A stretch of 58,456 nucleotides of DNA, filler included, from Sphacelaria rigidula (taxonomy: Eukaryota): the NCBI GenBank assembly GCA_964200075.2. It is 7 parts of 7 records of this genome, joined end to end, with 100 filler letters (N's around TTAATTAATTAA, not from the genome) between each part and the next. Parts side by side here need not be neighbours in the genome. Positions count along the whole stretch, not along the records: positions 1 to 8,267 come from CAXNAA020011722.1; positions 8,368 to 16,634 come from CAXNAA020011723.1; 5 more parts are not named here. One strand, 5' to 3'. Shown in pieces: positions 1-10,831 of this stretch. Positions within the stretch are counted from its first letter, which is position 1. The number at the start of each line of letters is the position of its first letter. A program made the position numbers and the translations under genes. The notes beneath the pieces were generated by a model. It searched no databases, had not been told where the DNA came from, and saw only the letters and a list, made by a program, of their open reading frames with translations.

Positions 1-769
1 AGTCCCTGAACCAGACAAAATTTCGCGAAAAAAGTGCACCCCTACCGTAGCATAGGCCTATCCTTCTCAGGGAAGTTAAGGGCCTCAGTGACATGCTATA
101 CTACAGGAAGCATATTGGGCCTCGTGGAGGGGAATTTCAGAACTGAAATGATTCATTCACTAATTGACCGTTTTTCACTGTCAATCGTATCCTCTACTAC
201 TACTCTCAATCTCACCAAAACATTGTTAAATTCGCTTCTTGGCTGACCCAGCTCATAGCATTTTTTCTCATTTTGCAAAAACTCCAAATAAATCGCTCCA
301 ACTTTTTTTTCTTGGCATCCCTAGGAGGGTTGTGCGTAGTGATGATAAAAATGTTGTGTCAAAATTTCAGCGCCCAACGCTTCGGATTACCCACCGCGCC
401 CGGCCTGGATACATTCGCAAATCACTGTCAGCCGGCCCAGCTCGTAGAAGAGTTGAGAAAAAAGGAGTTTGACCACGCATGTGTATCAGGGGTATAGATG
501 TGTATGTGGAGTCTGAACAGGGACGGCGTCGCTTGAACACACGATTTATTCGTTCGAAGAGTGTAGTGTATCAACATGGAAGAAAGGAAACGAGGATGAG
601 TTGTCTATGGTTGGTACAATTTCGTCGAGCAGCCTGACAAAATTCGGGGGATAACACCCCCAATTCGCACCCCTAACAGTATTGAGGAACGAAAGCTAGC
701 TATGACCGACCGGGTTGGTCTGGCGTACTGCCGCCAATGTTGCTTGAAAGCAACTCTTAGGCAAGAGTG

Positions 770-1023
770 ATGCTACGGTAGGGGTGCACGAATATTATTT
801 TCTGATATTGAAACTTTTAGGAGCCCCGTATGTCGCATCCAAGACACCTCTTACGAAATATGTGAGGGTACGCCAGGATTACTATTTCAACGTGCCAGAG
901 ATATCCAGAATGAATTTGCAAACGGGGATCCCCTGACCCATGTTCTTGTCCAATCTAAAATCATTAGGAGCCCCTGAACCAGACAAGATTTCGCGCAAAA
1001 AGTGCATCCCTATACCGTAGCAT
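770..1023. mobile_element. Short TIR element (MITE), possibly Tc1/mariner-like; the right end of a second copy is at 1-53
   Basis: Inverted termini ATGCTACGGTAGGGGTGCAC (770-789) and GTGCATCCCTATACCGTAGCAT (1002-1023). Bases 969-1023 closely match bases 1-53. Confidence 0.6.
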
Positions 1024-1627
1024 TGCTCGCAAGACCTTTGCGGGCGGCGGTTGATGGCGTGGGTCTCAAGTAAGTGCAACGACAACGAACGGCGTTCGAA
1101 GAATCAATCCGAAATTCTCTTATTTGTACCAATATAGATTGGTTGCCCCCATACAAGGTGATCCAAGACACGCCCTATGAAGCGGTCCAAGAGCGGCCTC
1201 ACTGGTGAGGACATATTTTTAGAACATGATTTTGGGGCGACTTGCGCAATTCTTATGATAATTATTTCTGCAGGATTTCCATCGTACAGTACCTGGGGAG
1301 GTGTAGGTTTTCCGTTCCTGCTTCATTCAACAACAGGCCTTCGGCTCCGGAATAAACTCTTTGAGCTCCCGCAGATGGACGCTCAAGTCTTATATTCATA
1401 TTTTAGGCATGTATGATGCCGGTTCAAGAGTTCAATGAAGGTCAAGTGATATAGATGTTTATCCTCCTGTGGAGATATTCTGACCCCTCGGTGTGGTGAG
1501 CTCAGAATAAATTCAGGTTCCTTAGATCGGTGCTGTTCTGTGACCGCGGGACACAAATTAAGTTCTCCGTTCCTCTACATAAAGAGACAAAAGTACATCA
1601 CTACATACCGAAGTATTGTCATCGCTC

Positions 1628-2011
1628 ATGGTTCGTGAGATCATCAGCCTCCACGTAGGTCAATGCGGCAATCAGATCGGCAGGGCGTTCTGGAAGCAGG
1701 CACTGGCCGAGCATGCCAGTGCCAATGCGGATGGGGTGTTCGATGACTGTATGAGCACTTTCTTCCGGAATGTGGATAACCGCACTAATCGCGGTGTCCC
1801 TGTCGGCGATGGTCGGCGACCGATATATGATCTCAAGGCCAGGGCAGTTCTTATCGACATGGAGTCCGGCCCGGTGGCGCAGACCTTGCGCAGTGAGTTG
1901 GGGGATTTGTTCGATCAGCGACAGTATGTAACCGATGTCTCCGGAGCTGGAAACAATTGGGCGCACGGAAATTCTGTATATGGGCCGAAGTATCACGATG
2001 AGCTGCTCGAG
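1628..2011 (+). CDS. TUBE1: Epsilon-tubulin, first coding exon (128 codons); later exons not found on this contig
   Basis: Translates as MVREIISLHVGQCGNQIG...FFRNVD...KARAVLIDMESG...DVSGAGNNWAHG. The ARAVLIDME and D(V/I)SG(A/S)GNNWA pattern is typical of epsilon-tubulin. It ends at a phase-0 donor GAG|gtcagt. Confidence 0.88.
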
Positions 2012-2340
2012 GTCAGTCTCTCTTATCTCCCGTGAATCCAGACGTCGTTGTCATGATGAACAGGAGAAGGAGAATTGTACGGTATCCGGTGTTCTGGACC
2101 GCACCGCACTGCACTGCAGCACTGCACTGCACTCTACTGCACCGCAATACATTTGGGATGGCGAGTATTTGGGCGTGTCTCGTAATTTTTTTCCGCGAGC
2201 GACAGCAATCGGCGTTCTTTCGAAAACCTTATACGTCGTACAGTACTATATGGCAATGCAACTTCTGTTCCTAGTTTCTTCACTCTCTGTTCCTAGTTTC
2301 CAAGGTTGGTTTCTGTTATTCGTAGGTATGGGTGTGTTTA

Positions 2341-2535
2341 GGCCGTGTGTTATCAAATTGTTTTTGACTCGAAAACGTACGGTGGAATCAAATTTGCTCG
2401 TACCTGATACGTTCACGTCATTCATGATCTCAAGCATCTGAGAAAATTGGTGGCGTGGACGAATCAGAAACGAGCGAATTCGATTCGACCGCACGTTTTC
2501 GACACCAAAACAATTTGGATGAGACACGGACGGCC
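2341..2535. mobile_element. PIF/Harbinger (Tourist-like) MITE nested in the hAT-like element
   Basis: Termini GGCCGTGT…ACACGGACGGCC, ~70-bp imperfect inverted arms, and TTA on both sides (2338-2340 and 2536-2538). Confidence 0.7.
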
Positions 2536-3095
2536 TTAGTAGGTGATGAGATTCTTTGCAAAACGTACAGAAATGTCGGGCACCGGTGTGAAAGTCTCAT
2601 AGAAATTACAAAACTGTCGGGTACCGATTTGAAAGTGTTACAAAAATCACACAACTTGTCGGGCACGGTGTTGGAGGCTTCCAGAAAACCGTACCAGCAA
2701 GCGGGTATTTCTTCAAGAGCATACCCGCGCTCCGGGTACGGGTAAACAGTCTGTATAGAACTCACAGAACTGTCGGGTGAGGCTATGGGAGGCCCACAGA
2801 ACAATATATTGCCCGCAACAAGGTATCTTTTCAAGAGCATACCCGTGCCCCGCAGTAGCGGTACGGGAGGCTTACAGAACTCGAACTCACAGAACTATCG
2901 GGTAAGGGTATGAAAGTCTCACCAATATTACAGAACTGTCGGGTACCCGTATAAAAGACTTACGGAGTGTACAGAGCTGTCGGTTCCGGTACATACCCGG
3001 GAAAATACCCCGGGATACAGAAAGCCGTACCCTAGAAACACGATCTTGGTATTATCCCACCCCTGTGGTGGGACCTACGCCACTGCAGTGGCTAA

Positions 3096-3512
3096 CTACA
3101 GTTGACAGTTCACGAAAACTATGAACGACTTTACGTGATTGATGGGGAAGACTGCACGACCACTCGCAGTAGTACATGTGCACGGAATCGTCCACATCTC
3201 ATCGATCGGCTTCACGTACACTCCCAGAGAGTACATGAAGGAGCATTCACGGCAGCCCGCTCTCTGGAAGCCATTCTGCACAACAAAATCATCGTTGGCT
3301 TTGACGACTTCCGGTGACAGCTCATACTCTTCGTTTTGCACGTCGACAACTGCTTGGGGTTTGATGACCACGACACAACCACCATCAACGTCGATGACGT
3401 GCGTCTTGCTGCTTGATCCCCTGGTGGCGTAGATGAACCACCCCCGCTCGAGCCACCACTCGAGTCTGGGGGTGATCCATCCTAACGGCCTGCAGTGCTG
3501 CTCATGTTCCAC
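3096..3512 (-). CDS. Hypothetical 138-aa ORF (possible captured gene fragment) inside the composite element
   Basis: Globular-looking composition and a CxxC motif (RAGCRECS). There is no ATG start (the track uses GTG). The same frame continues upstream to about 3730 but is broken by three stops. Confidence 0.35.
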   Translation of the reverse strand: MEHEQHCRPLGWITPRLEWWLERGWFIYATRGSSSKTHVIDVDGGCVVVIKPQAVVDVQNEEYELSPEVVKANDDFVVQNGFQRAGCRECSFMYSLGVYVKPIDEMWTIPCTCTTASGRAVFPINHVKSFIVFVNCQL

Positions 3513-4265
3513 TCAGCAGTACCTCGTATCCCGTCAGATTCCAAACTAAGGAACTTTCCAATATTGAATTTTTGTTGGTGCGCAGTGTTGAATGAAGGCG
3601 TAGGTTGGGTTAATCGATGGAAGGTACATGTTCAGGACATCAGGTTGTGGTTGCATTGAACCTATATTCATACCTCCACAAGATGTATACCTGTGCTCGT
3701 ACCTGCAATCGGGTATATCTACAACAGTAACCCCCCCCCCCGGTGAGGGTATGGGAAGCTTACAGAGCTCACAGAACTGTCGGGCACCGGTACTGGATGA
3801 AAGTATTACAAAAATCACACAACTTGTCGGGCACGGTGTTGGAGGCTTCCAGAAAACCGCACCAGCAAGCGGGTATTTCTTCAAGAGCATACCCGCGCTC
3901 CGGGTACGGGTAAACAGTCTGTACAGAACCCACAGAACTGTCGGGTGAGGCTATGGGAGGCCCACAGAACTCACAGAAACTGTCGGGTAGCGTATGGAGG
4001 TTGCACAGAACAATATATTGCCCGCAACAGGGTATCTTTTCAAGAGCATACCCGTGCCCCGCGGTAGCGGTACGGGAGGCTTACAGAACTCGAACTCACA
4101 GAACTATCGGGTAAGGGTATGAAAGTCTCACCAATATTACAGAACTGTCGGGTACCCGTATAAAAGACTTACAGAGTGTACAGAGCTGTCGGGTCCGGCC
4201 CCGGGTATACGTAAAACCGTACCCTACGAAACACAACCTTGCTTGTTTCTTCAGGTCGCTTGTTA

Positions 4266-4460
4266 GAGCGTGTCTTAGGCCGTGTCTTCGCACATCATTT
4301 GTCGATCGAAAAAGTGGGGCGGAAAACAAGAACTCCAATCTGATAAGTCGTGATTTCAACCATCCTCGGAATAAATTACGATAGTTGATTTCACGACCTA
4401 TCAGATCGGAGGATTCCTGTTCCACCGCACATTATCGATCGAAAAATAATGTGCGAAGGC
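4266..4460. mobile_element. PIF/Harbinger-like palindromic MITE
   Basis: Starts GAGCGTGTCTTAGGCCGTGTCTTCGCAC. Long inverted arms carry the TCGATCGAAAA core shared with the copies at 20000 and 20927. The right terminus is degenerate. Confidence 0.65.
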
Positions 4461-5067
4461 TAGTTGTTATGTACCAATCACCAGTAGGAGAAAAGTCATT
4501 ATCTGAGGACAGGCCAAAAAAACACTTCTTATGTGATCAGAAAACGCGTTCTTTCAAAAAAGAAATTCTGGTCGCATTTTCCGATAGCCCAAAGTTATCA
4601 GAAAATCGTGATTTTAGGGCTATCGAATAATGTTGAAAATGCGTTTGAATTCCCGCCACTCTCCAACACACCCTACAGCCCGCAACAGCACCCATGGTGG
4701 CTTGGCTGCCATCTACTGTTGCTGCTGGTGGTGCTCGCGGGCAGTCAGCGTGTTGCTTCAATGTCCTTCGCCCGCCAGTATCGTTCGTGGTGGCCCTTCA
4801 ACCCATGAGATCAGCACAGGGTAGGGTCGATGACGAGTACTGTACAGTCTGTATGTAGTTCGTACAATATTGTCGCGCATGTCAGGTCTGTGCATGTGGC
4901 GTGTTGCCAACAGCAATCGCGATGTAGTATAGACTGCCCACGCGCCCAAGCCTTGCAGAGACAGGACCGTATTGACTGTACACACAAAAGACTATACGTC
5001 GTCCTACTGCTGTAGTACTACAGCCAATGCATACAATACTACGGCCCTGCCTGTATTGTGTACTGGT

Positions 5068-5166
5068 GTCCGTGCTGTCTGTACAGTCAAGAGTCCGTGC
5101 TGTCTGTACAGTCAAGAGTCCGTGCTGTCTGTACAGTCAAGAGTCCGTGCTGTCTGTACAGTCAAG
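5068..5166. repeat. 25-bp tandem repeat, 4 copies
   Basis: Unit GTCCGTGCTGTCTGTACAGTCAAGA starts at 5068, 5093, 5118 and 5143; the copies are essentially identical and have no spacers. Confidence 0.9.
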
Positions 5167-5550
5167 TACTACTGTGCAGCGAAGGATCACAACCGTCAAT
5201 TCTACAGTCAGTGAGTATAGCAAGGCGGTGTTCATGTTGATGGTCTTGCGTCATGCATGCAGCCCACCATGTGTTGCTCAGTCAAAATATTACAGTACAG
5301 ACGGACAGTACGGACCGTACACCAAGACACAACAGAATGCCGTGTCTCTGTCGCACGCCCCAGAATTTGAAACTATGCCCACGCGCCTTGTAGAAAACGA
5401 TAGACACCGCTCTTTCGACTTTGAAACCACCGATCACGTAAGAAGTACTACTTCACAAAAGTTCTGTTGAAAAACTCTTGGTTGAAAAATGGCTTTCTTA
5501 ACAACGTTTTTTTGTTATGCATGAGGAGTAGTAGCCTAAGACACGCCCTT

Positions 5551-6330
5551 TGCACCTTTTTTCGAATAAACAAAAAGGGGGCGGTGGAATTGATACGAGC
5601 AAGGTTCGCTCATTTTCGCCGATTGAGTACCAGGCGAATTTTCGAACTTTCGATCGGAAAAAGTCAGTGAAATTCGTGAAGCGGTACTTGGCTCCTTGTG
5701 TAGAGTACAGACAGTCCGTACTGTTTTCACTGTTCGCGTGCAGTGAGTCTAAGTGTGTGTGTGCGTGTTTCGAGAGTGGGATATGAAAGAGTAGCGGGCA
5801 ATGTGCAGTACAGACAGCGCACCACTATCTGTTCTCTCTGCTTACAATGCGACGTGAAAATGACTTCTACAACGTGTAGCTTTGTACTGCCTGCACTGTC
5901 CATGAGCGTGTACGCAAGCCGGTTGCCCACCACCCCGCAGTTTCGTCGCTGATCTCTAACATGAAAGAAGACGCTCAAGTTTTCGCCAACAGAAAATAAA
6001 CAAAGCATACCGAAATACTGTTGTGTGCTCACTCGTGCTCCATGCTGCAGGGTTGCGGTGATATCTGAGAATGAGTTGTATGGTGGAGATTGCGTGGTTC
6101 TATGAACTGGTGATATCTGGCGTGGTGGTCTGCAAGATAGGAGTCAAGTGCCGCTTCGTGCCTTTTGACCGCACGTTTTCGATCGAAAAAGCTGAGCTTC
6201 ATTGATTTTTACTTATTCTCCGCGCGCCACTACTTATGAAAATGAATGGATGCCTTCTAGGAGCAGAAATGCAGTGGACATACTTCAACCGCACTTTTTC
6301 GATCGGAAAAAAATGGGCGAAGACACGGCC
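5551..6330. mobile_element. Longer non-autonomous Harbinger-like element
   Basis: Right end …TTTTCGATCGGAAAAAAATGGGCGAAGACACGGCC at 6330. About 5580-5810 aligns with 24790-25000, which follows an intact left TIR. Confidence 0.55.
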
Positions 6331-6823
6331 TTGCCTTTTTAGATTAAAAAAAATCACCGGAAAAAGTTCGGACTGACGACTTTTCTCATTAACTTTTTTT
6401 CAGAAAAGTCAGTTTTCAAAACCCGACCTTAAACATATGTAGTCTCGCGAAGATATCTAGGGGGCTTGTACACCCAAGGCCATTATCTGGCCTGGGTGCA
6501 GATGGTGGTAGCGGTGATCATTTGCATTTTGTTCTTGTGCCAGTGTTGAATGTCGAACGAAAGAAAAAGTTCGATACCTGTATTTTTTTCGATACGCGGA
6601 AAATGACTCGATACGATACGATACGATACGGCTGTTTTGGTTGGGACGCAGCTTGCGAGACCTCACGGTACCACACTGACATAGTAGCAACGTAACCCGG
6701 AGTGGGTGCACGCCTAGTTGTATGAAGGTACAGCAGCACCAGTGTGTGATTTTCTATCCGGCATAATAGAAGTGGCGGCACAACACACGGCGTGGAGGTT
6801 AGTTTACACTTGGGAGGGTGAGA

Positions 6824-6975
6824 AACCCTAACCCTAACCCCAACCCCAACAAAGGCACACCGAGAACCCTTGGGCAAGGGGGTGCAAAGTGGTCCGCAGG
6901 AAAAGTGTGCGTTCCCAGACCTCAAATCGGCGTCCCAGGAGTCGATTTCGACAAGAACGCGTTCTGTGCACGCTA
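6824..6975. repeat. Dispersed repeat beginning with telomere-like (CCCTAA)n hexamers; related copy at about 40330-40480
   Basis: AACCCTAACCCTAACCCCAACCCCAAC followed by AAGGCACACCGAGAACCCTTGGGCAAG…AAAGTGTGCGTT…CTCAAATCG, which also occurs in the copy at about 40330-40480. Confidence 0.65.
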
Positions 6976-8267
6976 GAAGCACGCTTGGAGCACAGCTGCA
7001 ATAAAGATCCGGATTTCGCTGTCCATGCTATAATCACGTCGAATTAGAAATCAACCGTAGCACCCTCCCAAGTGGTAACCTATACTGACGGCGTGATGCT
7101 TCGGTTCAACAAAAATGGTTCTTCCTCGTGCATGAGGCAAGTCGCAAAAGAGGTACAGCAGTGGGCGGTCTACTAACGAATCAGTTTGTGACACCTTGTG
7201 ATTTTTCGTATTTGAAATTTAACTTGGGCCATTTTCGCTTTCCACCGCCCGTCACATACGAGCTGGGGCCAGCCTAAAAACGAATTTAAGCTCTTGAAAC
7301 AATACCTCATGGACACAGACGAGTTGGGGCGTGATCCGCATATCGTACAAATTGTCTAACCAAGGGCAAGGTGCCTATCTGCTCAAGAGTTTGGGCCCCA
7401 TACATTCTCGTTGATTGAACCACATTTCTAGTAAGTACTATACCTTACGGAGATGGCGTCCATACTAAGATCTATATGAAACCCCCGATCGATGCATTTA
7501 GCGGATGACGACGAATTTTGGTGTGGACATTCTTTGGAGCAAGGAGAGACGATAAATATCCTCACCTTCACCTTATTCGTTATCTATCCCGAGATATGGC
7601 GCATATAAGTTTCCATACTAAAATCAATATATTACGAGCAGAGGTACTAGATGCCCTGAATCTGAATATCTCGTCTCAGTTTTTGAGAGTTGTCCCATAA
7701 TATTTCGTGTGGTACACCGCTAGTGCATAATAAAATAAAATCAAAAACAGCTTGTCACCTCTTTTCAATTTTTTTTCGTGTTTTTAGTGGAGTTTTGAGG
7801 AGAAGTGAACATTGCTCTTCGGCCTTCTCTCAATGTTTTGACTCAATTTTTAGAATTGTGATTTGAAACTTAGCATGGAGAACCACAAAAGTGTGCCGAA
7901 TAAAGAAAAAAATGGGCCTTAATTTTTTTTTCATGGACGTCGGGGCGTTCTCGTGAAGAAACGCTCTTCACCATACTAGAACGCCCTAAACCAGTGAAAA
8001 AAAATATGGAAAAAAACTTTACCATTAAGTGTTGTTAATTATGCCTTAGAGAGCGCCCACACAAAATTTCAACGCGCGAAAACCAAACGTGGGCCGGTGT
8101 GTGGCCTTCGTAATACTGTTCCGAATTTCTACCGATCCGGTTCCTAAAAAGCCCACGCTCAGCCCAATATTTAGAGTTGGAGCGTAAAATATGGTATCGA
8201 GAATGCATGGGGCATGAAAAAAACAAATTACGTCGGTACCTTTTTTTTTTTTCATGAGGTAGGGGCC

Positions 8268-8367
8268 NNNNNNNNNNNNNNNNNNNNNNNNNNNNNNNNN
8301 NNNNNNNNNNNTTAATTAATTAANNNNNNNNNNNNNNNNNNNNNNNNNNNNNNNNNNNNNNNNNNNN
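8268..8367. other. Artificial contig linker (N44-TTAATTAATTAA-N44); the same linker is at 16635-16734, 25001-25100, 33366-33465, 41730-41829 and 50094-50193
   Basis: Six identical 100-bp spacers with stops in all six frames. The contigs between them decrease steadily from 8267 to 8263 bp. Confidence 0.97.
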
Positions 8368-8812
8368 CTGTGCGTGGTTTTGTTCCGGGGGTACCCGTTA
8401 ATGAGAGTAGACGGCGTCAACGCTTGTCGATCGCAACCGATGGTAGCACCGTGCGTGGAACACCTGCTCGCGTTCTCGAATTCGATGAAAGACAAGCATC
8501 ATTCTTCTCGCCAGAGGGAAGCGTTCAAGGGGGAGTATCCGACTTGTTTCCGTGACGGAATCTTGTGGGCAATGGGCTATCCTTGTTGCGTTGAAACCGA
8601 CTTTTCGATTGAGGGGGGAAGCACAAACCCGCAGCTGATCGATACCAAGACACCAACGGTGCCCGTCTTAGTCGTGCCTGACGAGCACCCCCACCCCCTC
8701 CACCCTGTCGGGCATGATCGGGATGCTGTTCCTCGCGCTGGCGCAGCCCGAGGGGGGGCTGGGGCTTAGCGCAAGACATGGGATCCATGCGCTGCCACCT
8801 TTTTCGCTATGG

Positions 8813-9660
8813 TGTAGAGAAACAAGAGTGCTCACCCGACTAACTTCTCTCGACTCTTCGACATACTGAACATGACGCGTTACGGATTCACCTCCACAGG
8901 TTTCTTCTTCCGAATAAGGGCTTGTCGTCGGTACTTCTGCTACAAACAGCTCGCAAGTCGGGTTACCCACTTGAACCTCATCTCAGAGTTAAACCTCAAT
9001 TCGCACAATTTGAAGGTGCAAGATAACACTCTGGGTGCAAACATTCCTAGACGATACACGCGTCCGTTTCGACCGCGTTCTGTCCAGCTATGCCTTGATC
9101 TGTTCCGCCTGTCTCCCGAAACTGAAGCTTCTAGCACACATGAACCGTTCTATGAAGACGATGGAGACATTCGCCACCTTCGCTGGCGCCGACATCCGCG
9201 TTGGCAGCCGCCGTTTCAATCTTCGATCCATGCTTACGCATTCGGTGCCACCTGCGAAGAGGAAAGGCGACTTTTTGTTGACTGTCCACCTTCGGAGCTA
9301 CAACGTTTTTCGCTCAAAAGACTTACCACGTCAGCACCATCAAGAGTGGTCCTTTTGGAAGGAGATATCGATTGGCAGCAAACCCTTCGTCTGGGGATCG
9401 ATCGCTGCATGCTTCTCGACGGCGAAGGTATCCATCGAAAGTGAATGTTAAGCCACAACTCACAGTGCTCTTCACCGTCTTGCCCTGTCCAACAGCCTGC
9501 GCTCTTCGCACGTCATCCAGGATACGACCCGTGCCGGCGGTGCGTTCGTGCTCTACCCCCAACGCGCTTGTCTCAATTGCCAAGGCCTTCTCGCTAAGCG
9601 CTACGCCTTCGTTGTGTTTTTCCTGCGTTCATGTTCCGGCGGGACATAAAATTGTGAAGT
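8813..9660 (+). mobile_element. Probable LTR-retrotransposon fragment (LTR 3' end plus decayed 5' internal region)
   Basis: CTTGAACCTCATCTCAGAGTTAAACCTCAATTCGCACAATTTG (about 8970-9012) is the reverse complement of about 50037-50079 at the 5' end of the Gypsy element, with 1 mismatch. Possible TG…CA LTR limits are 8813-9007. The boundaries are approximate. Confidence 0.45.
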
Positions 9661-10541
9661 AGGCAAGTAGCTGACGCGCACAATAGCCCGACATTTTTGC
9701 CATCGACGAGCTAGCTGTCAATCGACGCAGCCGACACAGCCACATAGACACGATGTGCCGTTTACACGTTGTGAATTTCATCCTCTGGTGGCCAATTCAC
9801 TTTTAATATCCCATAAAAAGACACTTCCGCGGTCTCAACAACATATTAAGCTCTGCAGTTGATACACAAATGTCCAATTAATGCACCACATTCACGCGTA
9901 TGAAATTCTGTTTTTCAACCCTAAAACCGGGCGTGATAAATGGAGCAAACGTGAATTATTCCGAATATGTCGATTCCTCGGCCAGTTCCGGCGAGTTATG
10001 ACCCGAAGAAATCGGTTAACCCCATCGAACCTTTGTCGATCATACACTGTCGGCCCGGGGTTTACCTACAGGAAGATGTGTGTGAAAATTCGACTGCCTA
10101 ACTCGTATGACAAGCGTAACAACTTGAGCAAGCGTGAAATCGTTTCGAAAATGTGGATGCATTCAACGGCTGGAAAACTCCAGGGAACCGGTGAAACCGA
10201 GTGGAGCAAGATATTCTCAGATACCGGTTACCCGTGGCTTGATCTGGGAACACGCGTGTGAAACGTTTTCTGCTAATTTTGAAAGCAACATGAGAAATGA
10301 AGCAAACGTGAAATTGCCGCGGGGATGTGGAGCATACAATGATCAGGGACCGGCACAAACACTGACGATCTCGGGGTCGAGGGAGGAAATCGGATTCCTC
10401 TTGAGGTAAACGATTTTAACTGTGACTCGACTTTTCTCGCCTCGCTTCAAGATGTCTTGTCAACTTTTGCATGAGTTACGAATCGTGCTCCGCCCCACTA
10501 CGGCGTTATGCTGGATGCACCCGATTTTTCGCGGTGCACAC

Positions 10542-10831
10542 CTGTGTTGAGAATCGAACGGAAAAAAAATACGATACGATTTCTTTTAATATCGACGAAA
10601 AAACGTTGATATCGATATTTTTTATCGATACTCGGAAAATGGCGAAACAACCGGTTTTCAGGTTTTCTGGATCTTTTTTACTGTTTTTGAAGCGTAATTT
10701 TGCACGATAAGCCCCGCGAGAGACAGTTTGAATGTCGAAAGTATCTGCTTACCAGCTCGCGATTCCGATACTGAGGATTACCGAAAATCGAGATCGATAT
10801 TTGATATTTTGATGCCCGATTCTTAACACTG
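10542..10831. mobile_element. TIR MITE with CGATA/ATCG subterminal repeats; related fragment at about 6541-6630
   Basis: Termini CTGTGTTGAGAATCG and CGATTCTTAACACTG, with CACAC on both flanks. Confidence 0.6.

Larger units (their letters stand above)
2301..4241. mobile_element. Composite non-autonomous hAT-like element: two copies of an 'acagaactgtcgggta' repeat-rich MITE body around a unique ~700-bp segment
   Basis: Left TIR CAAGGTTGGTTTCTGT at 2301. Right TIRs end at 3048 (…AAACACGATCTTG) and 4241 (…AAACACAACCTTG). The 8-bp flanks CTAGTTTC (2293-2300) and CTTGTTTC (4242-4249) match 7/8. About 2640-2990 is a near-identical direct repeat of about 3809-4197. Confidence 0.7.

Noticed and set aside
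4242..4275. Acceptor of tubulin exon 2 at ttcttcag|GTCG
   Set aside because: The following sequence does not encode the expected CDxLQxF…GGGTGSG tubulin segment; it runs into a MITE.
5068..5166. CRISPR-like 25-bp repeats
   Set aside because: The copies are head-to-tail with no spacers.
8312..8323. TTAATTAATTAA as a biological site (piggyBac TTAA target or PacI site)
   Set aside because: It is embedded in Ns and identical at all six gaps, so it is a synthetic stop linker.
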